Below, in pieces: positions 27,501 through 34,572 of a stretch of DNA of 38,114 nucleotides (within the stretch, counting starts at the first letter, position 1; each line of letters begins with the position of its first letter). The notes beneath the pieces are model-generated. The model searched no databases and was not told where the DNA came from. It saw only the letters and a list, made by a program, of their open reading frames with translations. The position numbers and the translations under genes were made by a program. Source of the DNA: a virus (lineage: Duplodnaviria; Caudoviricetes); IMG/VR virus record IMGVR_UViG_3300009095_000007, positions 1 to 38,114 of that record; one strand, written 5' to 3'.

Positions 27501-27713
27501 ATGGGCGCAAGAAGAATTGATGACTTTGGCGGTTACGCTAAAGATTCTGATGAGCTTATGAGAAGCTCAAACAAGGTGAAGAGATATGCTTCCGGTGAGG
27601 GAGCTGGTGGCGTTAGCACTTATCCCGATTCTCCAGAAGAGATTGAAAGAGATCAGCGCAAAGGTGATGCTAAAATCAAAGCCCACCCAATGAAAGCTGG
27701 TAACCGTTATTAG
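27501..27713 (+). CDS. Small hypothetical protein
   Basis: GGAGG RBS; MGARRIDDFGG... Confidence 0.65.
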   Translation: MGARRIDDFGGYAKDSDELMRSSNKVKRYASGEGAGGVSTYPDSPEEIERDQRKGDAKIKAHPMKAGNRY

Positions 27714-27748
27714 TTTTTGCTAAACGCTCGAACACTTTAGCATTTACT

Positions 27749-27788
27749 GTGGGGGGATTGTGATTCGAGCTACAATCACCCACTTTTA
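27749..27788 (+). terminator. Possible intrinsic terminator
   Basis: GTGGG..GATTGTG/TACAATC.CCCAC stem followed by TTTT. Confidence 0.45.
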
Positions 27789-27827
27789 CACAAAAGTTAT
27801 CATATAGGTAACTTTACTGAGGCATAT

Positions 27828-28046
27828 ATGGTATTCAAAGACAGAATAGCTCCCAAAGAGCGCAAATCCAGCAAGACATTTGCAGCCCCCACCAAAGATC
27901 AAGCATTTTCAGGCAAGTTTATGGCAGCTGGTGATGATTATGGTGTAGGGTTTGCTCAACCCATTGGAACAACAAAGGAAACTTCTAAACTTTATGTTCC
28001 TCAAGAGTCTAGATGCTTTTCACCCAACGATCTAAACCATGACTAA
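27828..28046 (+). CDS. Small hypothetical protein
   Basis: GAGG RBS; contains GDDYGVG. Confidence 0.6.
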   Translation: MVFKDRIAPKERKSSKTFAAPTKDQAFSGKFMAAGDDYGVGFAQPIGTTKETSKLYVPQESRCFSPNDLNHD

Positions 28047-28212
28047 GACAGCTTACGGCTCTCATACCCAATGGACTGAGCGTGGGACTGGTGATTATTA
28101 CGGATCTGGCAAGAAGAACAAGATGTGCAAGATCCGTCATTGGTCTAGTGGGGATGCTGTTCCATCTCCTGTTAAAGAAAAACTGAAGATAAAACCTAAG
28201 GCACTCGCTTAA
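28039..28212 (+). CDS. 57-aa basic hypothetical protein (not in the ORF track)
   Basis: MTKTAYGSHTQWTERGTGDYYGSGKKNK...KPKALA; overlaps the previous stop and has a GDYYGSG motif similar to its neighbour's. Confidence 0.55.
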   Translation: MTKTAYGSHTQWTERGTGDYYGSGKKNKMCKIRHWSSGDAVPSPVKEKLKIKPKALA

Positions 28213-28726
28213 ACTCGGGAAGTATCAAAGACGACTTCTTAGCTCTAGCAGACTCTTCTAACTCTCTAGCCACCTTCAGCCAAATCTCCTTCTGCTTCTC
28301 TTCCGAAAGGTCATCTTTGTGGGGCTCTCCCAGTTCCTTTTTCTTGTTCTTGTACATCCAAATGCACCACTGGATATACTCACTCCCCTCAATCACTGTC
28401 CCATCTTTGAATTGTTCAAAAAGTTCAGCTTTAGGGAGCACCCAGCAAGGCTCTAAAAGATCGGTTCCTGACAATCCTCTAAAAAGAAAGGTGTTAGGAG
28501 AAGGAGCAGGCTTACAAAGCTTAGGTTGCCAAATCAATCTCTGTGTGACTCCATCTTCATGGGTTCGGAAGTGACCATATACGTAAATATAAGGGCTGTA
28601 ATCCTGAAGAGCCAGAGAAAGGGGATTGCGCATTAGGCACTCAGAAGCCCCTTCCGCAATTACCTTTTCTTGGTCTCCTAAGAAGTGCTGATACCTGTCG
28701 TGAGTCTCTAATCTATCAATTTTCAT
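28196..28726 (-). CDS. Hypothetical protein, antisense within the head module
   Basis: 176-aa ORF filling the gap, with protein-like composition. Confidence 0.7.
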   Translation of the reverse strand: MKIDRLETHDRYQHFLGDQEKVIAEGASECLMRNPLSLALQDYSPYIYVYGHFRTHEDGVTQRLIWQPKLCKPAPSPNTFLFRGLSGTDLLEPCWVLPKAELFEQFKDGTVIEGSEYIQWCIWMYKNKKKELGEPHKDDLSEEKQKEIWLKVARELEESARAKKSSLILPEFKRVP

Positions 28727-28793
28727 GAGCTTAAAATGTTTAATCTGCTATAGATATATGTTTAATTGACATTAACTTCAACCAGGGTTTCGT

Positions 28794-29459
28794 ATGACAG
28801 AAGACGTTCAAGAGCAAATGGAAAAGGCGCCAGCTCAAAATAATGATGCTGAAAGAAACTTCGCCAACTTGCGTAAAGCATTGGAAGAAGAGAAGCGATC
28901 GAAGCAGGCTCTTGAGGAGCGATTGGCGCGCATTGAAGCAGAGAGAAAGCAAAAGACCGTTGCTGTGGAAGAGGATGACGATGATTATGATGAGCCCTAT
29001 ATCAACAAGTCTAAGCTCAAGCGTGAGCTTTCCTCTATGTATCAAAAAGCAAAGGAAGATGCCAAAAAGGAGGCAGTCTATGAGTTTCAAAGGACGATGC
29101 AGGAGCAGAGACAACAAGACTGGATTCGAAACAATCCCGATTTCTATGATGTCATGCAGCACGCGCAGAAGTTTGCCGAGCAAGATCCTGAGTTGGCTGA
29201 AACGATTCTTGCGATGCCAGAAGGCTTCGACCGTCAAAAACTCGTGTATAGAAACATTAAGGCCATGGGTCTTCACAAGCCCAAGGAAGAGAAGTCGAGT
29301 ATACAGACTAAAATAGATGGCAATCGTAAACCTCTTTACTACTCTCCTTCTGGATCATCAGCCGCACCTTACTCTGCAGCTGGGGACTTCTCCTCGACTG
29401 GACAGAAGTCAGCGTATGACAAGATGCAAGAGCTTAAGAAGTCATTAAGGTTGGGTTAA
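28794..29459 (+). CDS. Putative head scaffolding protein
   Basis: Highly charged coiled coil (NFANLRKALEEEK) immediately upstream of the capsid gene. Confidence 0.7.
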   Translation: MTEDVQEQMEKAPAQNNDAERNFANLRKALEEEKRSKQALEERLARIEAERKQKTVAVEEDDDDYDEPYINKSKLKRELSSMYQKAKEDAKKEAVYEFQRTMQEQRQQDWIRNNPDFYDVMQHAQKFAEQDPELAETILAMPEGFDRQKLVYRNIKAMGLHKPKEEKSSIQTKIDGNRKPLYYSPSGSSAAPYSAAGDFSSTGQKSAYDKMQELKKSLRLG

Positions 29460-29487
29460 TTGACTAAAATAAACAATTTCATATAAT
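29460..29487 (+). promoter_or_regulatory. Capsid operon promoter TTGACT-N16-TATAAT
   Basis: Near-consensus hexamers about 190 nt upstream of the capsid ATG. Confidence 0.65.
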
Positions 29488-29680
29488 GATTCCCACGCAG
29501 CGACAGCGTTATCATGCAAGCGTAATACCCTTCGCAAAGGTAGCGTCTCAGTTGAAGGCCGACGGGCTCACAGACTAGAGATGCGGCATGCGGCACATTA
29601 GCTACGTAAGGCATGTTTTCTAAGACGTACAGTCCTCTCGTCAAGGTCAAAAACAAGTATTTAACTATTTGGATTTGACT

Positions 29681-32381
29681 ATGTCTATTACAAACACAGG
29701 AAACTTAGGACCTATGATCCTCCAGTCGCTTGCGCCTGCGATGTTATACGTGCCTACGCCTTCCTTTAACTACATTTTGGTGTGTGACAAGGTGTCCATG
29801 CCAACTAATGGTGGAACGACTTGTCGTTTCATGAGACCTAGGGCGCTTACGCCTCCTACGGTTCAACTTGGAAATTCTGGGATCGATGAAAACCTATGGT
29901 GCGTCGATGTAAAACCTTCTCTGATTGACTTGGAACTCCTCGATGAGGACAACAGGGCGCAAGCGAAAGCAGCGTGAACGACTAAGTGAGAAGGGGCCGA
30001 AAGGTCATGCGATAGTCTGAGCTCATGGGTAACTATGAGAGAGAAATCCGAAGAGGTTTCCCCGCCTTATAAGCTGCGGGTCGAAAAAGTAACAGAGTGC
30101 CACCAGCCCAAGTGCCACAGCGCGATATCATCGATTAAGGCGCAAATGGCGTTCTTCGGTACGGGATGTATCATAAATGAACAAGTGATACTCCAGGATC
30201 AAGAGGGTTATAGGTTTATAGCAGCTTAACTTGTATTTGTGAGTAAATAGTACACCGTGATATAATTCCCGTCAAAAGGAGTTTTTCATGCAGGAAGAAA
30301 TAGATATGGCATATGCGGCAGGAATATTAGACGGAGACGGGAGTTTCTCAATAATGAAAGCTCATGGGAAGTATTACCCATGCATTCAGTTGAGTAATGC
30401 TCATGAGGGCATGTCTAAGTGGTTACATGAAAAATTTGGCGGCTCTTTAAGACTTAAAAAGCCTCAGAAAGACCACTATAAGACTCTTTATGTATGGTCA
30501 GTGAGGAGCCTTGAGGGATGTAGGCGTCTTATTGAGCAGATTTCTCCCCATATCGTCTTAAAAACGCTTCAGGCTAAGTGTATGTTGGATTTTGTTGGCA
30601 AAAGAAGTGAAGGTTGTTTTTGTGAAATAGATGGAGAACGGTTTTCGTTTCGGATGAAGGAGTTAAATCGTACCATTTTATTAGGCAGCGACAGTCTCAA
30701 TCAACAGTCCATAAAAACTACAGATTGTCCTAAGTTTTGGTCATATGTGGCAGGGATTATGGACACTGAGGGATCTTTTTCGATTAAAAAAGAAAAGCCT
30801 CACTCAGGAAGTGTGTCTACGAGATACAACCCCATTATCCAGCTAACTATGGTTCCTTCGGCCGTTTTAAACTTTATTCGTGCAAACTGTTCGTTGGGGA
30901 GTTTTTGCATCCCTAAAGCAAAATGTACGACCAAAGGTTATGCGTATAAAATGTCTATAGGTAGCAAGGATGAATGCATCCATTTCCTTCATAAGGTAAA
31001 AAACTATTTGCGATTTAAAAAGGGCCAGCTTTTCACTTTGTTAAACTTCTGCGAGAATTATTGCTCAGTGAGGTTTTGCAGAGGAGGAACTCCTAGAGAA
31101 GTTTTAGATTTCCGTGAAGAGATGTACCAACAAATGCGGCTATTAAATAAATAACACGCCCTCTTAGCATAGCTAAAATGGTGTTAGCGTGGGTCTCTGA
31201 AAGACTTGCGGTAGCTATGCGCCAGGCTTGAGATAGTAGGCCTGGATAAACTAGATCTGATTGACTTGGAAGGCTAAACCGAAAGGCATGCCGACAGGGC
31301 GGAACTCGCAAGAGACCGTGAGAGACTGAGTGATCTGGAGCCGAAAGGCTATGCGACAGTCCGAACCATCCAACGAAAGGGGTGGAGATAGGCAGAAATG
31401 ACCTATCCACATCGAAAGATGGGGTAACAGATTGGAAGATCTAATTTTGAGAGACTACATCGTATCCGCAGCTAGCCAAATTAACGCTAGTGGTGGATCC
31501 AACGGTAGACGAAAGGTTGTTGCCGTTGTTAAATCTTCTCTGATAGACTTGAAACTCGCAGCGTAAAGACGGCGACAACAAGGGGCAAGATTATGACTGA
31601 TTGGTTGGTAGAAAATTTAAATGCGCGGGAAAGGCTGATGTATAGAATCGCCATCACAAACGCCAAAGATCCCGAATTAGTGGATAATTCATTCTATCAT
31701 GCCTTCGGAAGGGATCAGCCTGAACGTAGCAAGCGAGAAGACCCCGAAAGGGGATGCGGTGCTCTGAACACTAGTGAAAGCTAGTGAGCTAGGTGCAATA
31801 GGCCTGGCCGCCTAGATGTTTGTAGTCTAGGTCACAAAAGTAACAGATTAATGGACAACCCAACCAACCTAGGAGTCTCTGACTTCTCGTTGGTTGCAGC
31901 AACACTCGATACTAACAACGCCTATAAGTTTATGGCGGGTATCGAAGGTGAAGATAAGTTTGGAACAGGCCCTGTACGCTCTGCATATTTTATGCTTAGC
32001 TCTACAGAGCTTCAAACTGATTTTGATGGTCTCACTGGCTCAGGATTCATTAGCCAATGGAACTATCCTACAAACGCATCTGCGCTTCCATCAGAGTACG
32101 GTACTGTTTATAACATCCGTATCCTGGCAAGCTCAGAAGCACCAGTTTCTAGAAGTAGCTCTGCTAACTCTAGAGACGTGTATTATAACACAGTAGTTGG
32201 TAAGCAAGCGGTAACGCACATTAACCAAGACGGGTACAGTATGAACCTCATTTATAGAGATCCATACTACTCCGGCATGCGCGCGCAAAACGCGACGCTA
32301 GCGGTTAAATTTGCGCAAGCGCAGGCGATTACTCAAGATACTGCGATCCGAAACCTACTCTGCACACGCAGCAGCAACTAA
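29681..32381 (+). CDS. Major capsid protein (N4-gp56-like), 319 aa after splicing: join(29681-29887,30100-30135,30140-30208,31181-31228,31435-31506,31854-32381)
   Basis: The joined exons read ...QLGNSGID|PPAQVPQRDIID|AQMAFFGTGCIINEQVILQDQEG|VLAWVSERLAVAMRQA|EDLILRDYIVSAASQINASGGSNG|DNPTNLG...GEDKFGTGPVRSAY... with no stop. Every junction is phase 0, follows a T and removes a segment ending in G. Confidence 0.88.
29888..30099 (+). ncRNA. Group I intron 1 (212 nt, complete core, no ORF)
   Basis: P1 AUCGAU/GUCGAU with U.G; P10 UGGUG/CACCA; P3 CCUUCUC/GAGAAGG; P7 GACUA(29980)/UAGUC(30013); P8 GGCC-GAAA-GGUC; P9 hairpins; terminal G. Confidence 0.92.
30136..30139 (+). other. 4-nt intervening sequence TAAG (candidate satellite micro-intron)
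   Basis: Creates an in-frame stop and a frameshift. Removal restores DIID|AQMAFF, and the ligated junction pairs with the intron 1 IGS over 11 bp. Confidence 0.65.
30258..30281 (+). promoter_or_regulatory. Extended -10 promoter (TGATATAAT) and RBS (AAGGAG) for the endonuclease
   Basis: TGnTATAAT at 30258-30266; AAGGAG at 30276-30281; ATG at 30288. Confidence 0.65.
30288..31154 (+). CDS. Double-motif LAGLIDADG homing endonuclease
   Basis: AYAAGILDGDGSF and SYVAGIMDTEGSF motifs in an intact 288-aa ORF. Confidence 0.93.
   Translation: MQEEIDMAYAAGILDGDGSFSIMKAHGKYYPCIQLSNAHEGMSKWLHEKFGGSLRLKKPQKDHYKTLYVWSVRSLEGCRRLIEQISPHIVLKTLQAKCMLDFVGKRSEGCFCEIDGERFSFRMKELNRTILLGSDSLNQQSIKTTDCPKFWSYVAGIMDTEGSFSIKKEKPHSGSVSTRYNPIIQLTMVPSAVLNFIRANCSLGSFCIPKAKCTTKGYAYKMSIGSKDECIHFLHKVKNYLRFKKGQLFTLLNFCENYCSVRFCRGGTPREVLDFREEMYQQMRLLNK
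31229..31434 (+). ncRNA. Group I intron 3 (206 nt, complete core)
   Basis: P1 CCAGGCU/GGCCUGG with U.G; P3 CUAGAUC/GAUCUGG; P7 GACUG(31324)/CAGUC(31357), covarying with intron 1; shares CUGAUUGACUUGGAA and the GUAACAGA..G end with intron 1. Confidence 0.92.
31507..31853 (+). ncRNA. Group I intron 4 (347 nt; about 120-nt insertion in P6; atypical P7)
   Basis: P1 CAACGGU/GCCGUUG; P10 GGUUGUU/GACAACC; P3 UCUUCUC/GAGAAGA; P8 CCCC-GAAA-GGGG; ends GUAACAGAUUAAUG. Confidence 0.88.
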
Positions 32382-32392
32382 GGAGGCGTATC

Positions 32393-33505
32393 ATGACTGA
32401 GTATTCAAAAATCGCTCGAGGTACATTTACCTCTACTGGAGCTGCAAAGGCTATTTACTTGCCTTTTCAGCCAAATATTATCCGTATGACAAACTATACA
32501 GCAGCGGCAACACCTGCACAAAACGGGTGCCCTTTTGCTAATTGGGATGTCGGTATGGGCCAAGGTGGCGGAGTGATGCAAATCTTCAACGCTACTCCTG
32601 TTCTAACTACTGATAATATTACAACCAACGGTTTTAGCACTTTCAGAGCTGGTCTTGACTTCAACTTTGGAGCTCAAATCCAGATCTCTGGAATCACTAA
32701 AGCCTCCCCTGCTGTTGTAACTACAGCTTCGGCTCACGGTTATTCAACAGGTGATGTGGTGCTATTCCAAGGTCTTGCACAATCTAGCACAACTGGTATG
32801 CAACAGATCGCAGGAATTCCTTTCACAATTACTGTGACAGGCTCTACTACATTCACTATCCCTTGGAACACAAACCAGTCTAACTACACAGCTCTGTCCG
32901 GATCTCCTACAGGCGCATACGTGAAAAAGGTTCTTTATCCTTTTCTCTATGCTCCTCAAGGATCTGTGGTAAGTGCGGTGACAACTGGTACAACAACTAC
33001 AATTGACACAGCGATGGCGCATAACCTCGTTGTTGGTCAAGAAGTGGCGTTTCGTATTCCAAGTTCATGGGGAATGACACAGTTGAACTCTCTACCTAAC
33101 ACCACAATTCCAGGATCTCCGATCTATGGATATGTGACAGCAGTAACAGATTACAACACTGTCATCGTGAACATTGACTCCTCTAGCTACACAGCTTTCA
33201 ACAGTAACCAAACTTTTGCAAGCGTAGCAGCCGGTCTCAGTTTCCCTATGATCGTTCCTGTAGGCGATGTAAACTCAGGTGGCGTGGCTTATAGCGGCGG
33301 CAACCTGTACCCTTCTCCTTACACAATCCCAGCAGCTGCTCAGGTACCGTCTATCAACGGCCCTGGCATCTTGGGATGCTTCTTTAACAACACTCGTCAA
33401 GGGTTTGTTATCGGAGCTGGAACAGCTGTAACTTTAACCTCAGCAGTTCTCGTCGGTGCAAACTCAGATGTAATTTTCTGGGAAGCAATGCTTACGGATA
33501 TGTAG
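32393..33505 (+). CDS. Virion structural/decoration protein with two FCCH-like beta domains
   Basis: ISGITKASPAVVTTASAHGYSTGDVV and AHNLVVGQEV motifs; AAGGAGG RBS directly after the capsid gene. Confidence 0.7.
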   Translation: MTEYSKIARGTFTSTGAAKAIYLPFQPNIIRMTNYTAAATPAQNGCPFANWDVGMGQGGGVMQIFNATPVLTTDNITTNGFSTFRAGLDFNFGAQIQISGITKASPAVVTTASAHGYSTGDVVLFQGLAQSSTTGMQQIAGIPFTITVTGSTTFTIPWNTNQSNYTALSGSPTGAYVKKVLYPFLYAPQGSVVSAVTTGTTTTIDTAMAHNLVVGQEVAFRIPSSWGMTQLNSLPNTTIPGSPIYGYVTAVTDYNTVIVNIDSSSYTAFNSNQTFASVAAGLSFPMIVPVGDVNSGGVAYSGGNLYPSPYTIPAAAQVPSINGPGILGCFFNNTRQGFVIGAGTAVTLTSAVLVGANSDVIFWEAMLTDM

Positions 33506-33545
33506 GTCTGCAAAATCAGTTGTAAAGTTTTACTTAATAACTGAA

Positions 33546-33572
33546 AATGGGGGGCAAATAAGCCCCTCATTT
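33546..33572 (+). terminator. Probable intrinsic terminator after the capsid/decoration genes
   Basis: AATGGGGGGC-AAATAA-GCCCCTCATTT hairpin. Confidence 0.5.
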
Positions 33573-33577
33573 GCTTT

Positions 33578-34009
33578 ATGACAAGTCCTCTATTCACAGG
33601 CCCTCAAGCCCTCTACCGCAACGTTCCAATCCACACGGAATATTACAATCCCCAAGCAGCGGTTATTTCTTCCATCACTCCTGTCTCACAGACAGCAACA
33701 ACCGTCGTAACAGCCACTGATAACTACTACACAGTGGGGACAGTCGTACGTTTTGTGATTGTGAAGAATGTGGGCATGCAGGAGCTGAACCAAGCGCAGG
33801 CTCTTGTGACTAGCATTACTAGCTCTACTGAATTTACCGTACATGCGGATGCAACCACCATGACCGCATTTAATTCTGCTGGCAACACTAAACAGGATTC
33901 CATGGTTCTCCCTATAGGGGATATCAACTCGGGTCAAATAAATTCTAGCGGTAGAATCAACAATACGCTATATATCAATGGAAGTTTTATTAACGTATCC
34001 CCAGGGTAA
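33578..34009 (+). CDS. Structural protein related to the second domain of 32393-33505
   Basis: VRFVI...GMQELN...LPIGDINSG parallels VAFRI...GMTQLN...VPVGDVNSG. Confidence 0.65.
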   Translation: MTSPLFTGPQALYRNVPIHTEYYNPQAAVISSITPVSQTATTVVTATDNYYTVGTVVRFVIVKNVGMQELNQAQALVTSITSSTEFTVHADATTMTAFNSAGNTKQDSMVLPIGDINSGQINSSGRINNTLYINGSFINVSPG

Positions 34010-34010
34010 T

Positions 34011-34559
34011 ATGGCAAAAATGAGAGATGATCTAGAACAAGCTAAGCAAGTCGCAGACAATTTTGAGAAGTCCATGAAGGATCTCAGAGAAACGGATCGC
34101 TTTGCTCCTGTTAAAGAGACTGAAGGGCCACAGATGTCCCAAAAAGATATTAACAGCTCAAAGGATATCTACCTGAAACCTGTTCGCTCCCTTTCCGATG
34201 GACAGAAGTTTGATGAAAACTATCGAGACGAGTACAACTTCTTCAAAGAGTACGTATGCTTTATTGCTGAGCATAAAGAGATCATCGGCGAGAAGATTGA
34301 GATCTGGACTAAAAAATATAAGGGTATTCCTGCTGAATACTGGGAAGTTCCTCCCGGAAAGGTAGTATGGGGGCCTCGTTATCTAGCTGACCGCATTGCA
34401 GAGTGTCATTATCGTCGTCTTAAGACCGAAGATCACACTCAAACTGCTTCAGGACATGTAGGTACCTTTACAGGTGCATTAGTAGTGGATCACGAGGTGG
34501 CAAGACTTACAGCTACCCCTGTGACAAAGGGAAGAAAGTCTGTGTTTATGAGCGCATAA
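34011..34559 (+). CDS. Hypothetical head-module protein
   Basis: ATG 1 nt after the previous stop; 182 aa. Confidence 0.65.
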   Translation: MAKMRDDLEQAKQVADNFEKSMKDLRETDRFAPVKETEGPQMSQKDINSSKDIYLKPVRSLSDGQKFDENYRDEYNFFKEYVCFIAEHKEIIGEKIEIWTKKYKGIPAEYWEVPPGKVVWGPRYLADRIAECHYRRLKTEDHTQTASGHVGTFTGALVVDHEVARLTATPVTKGRKSVFMSA

Positions 34560-34572
34560 CTAGAGGTATAAT

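Larger units (their letters stand above)
30209..31180 (+). mobile_element. Core-less group I-like intron 2 (972 nt) carrying a homing endonuclease gene
   Basis: Guide UAACACGCCCUCUU (31152-31165) pairs with ligated exons AAGAGGGU|GUGUUA; only 15 nt separate the guide from the 3' splice site; no P3/P7 core visible. Confidence 0.8.

Noticed and set aside
27714-27790. tRNA gene (contains TTCGAG)
   Set aside because: No cloverleaf can be formed; two simple hairpins and a T-run fit a terminator better.
30136-30139. Stop-codon reassignment or read-through as the explanation for TAA in the capsid gene
   Set aside because: The insert is 4 nt, so read-through would leave a frameshift, and TAA, TAG and TGA all end genes normally elsewhere. 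A +1 frameshift at the stop cannot be excluded, but it would not explain the guide complementarity.
29669-30229. ORF-track entries 29669-29977 and 30035-30229 (and 31851-32381) as separate genes
   Set aside because: They are capsid exons running into or out of intron sequence; the ATG at 31851 is the last three bases of intron 4.
30288-31154. LAGLIDADG ORF as an intein
   Set aside because: It is not in frame with the capsid exons, has its own RBS and stop, and lacks intein terminal residues.
31799-31807. TAGGCCTGG in intron 4, identical to the intron 3 guide
   Set aside because: It forms the 3' strand of a local P9-region hairpin with GCTAGGT, so the match is probably coincidental.
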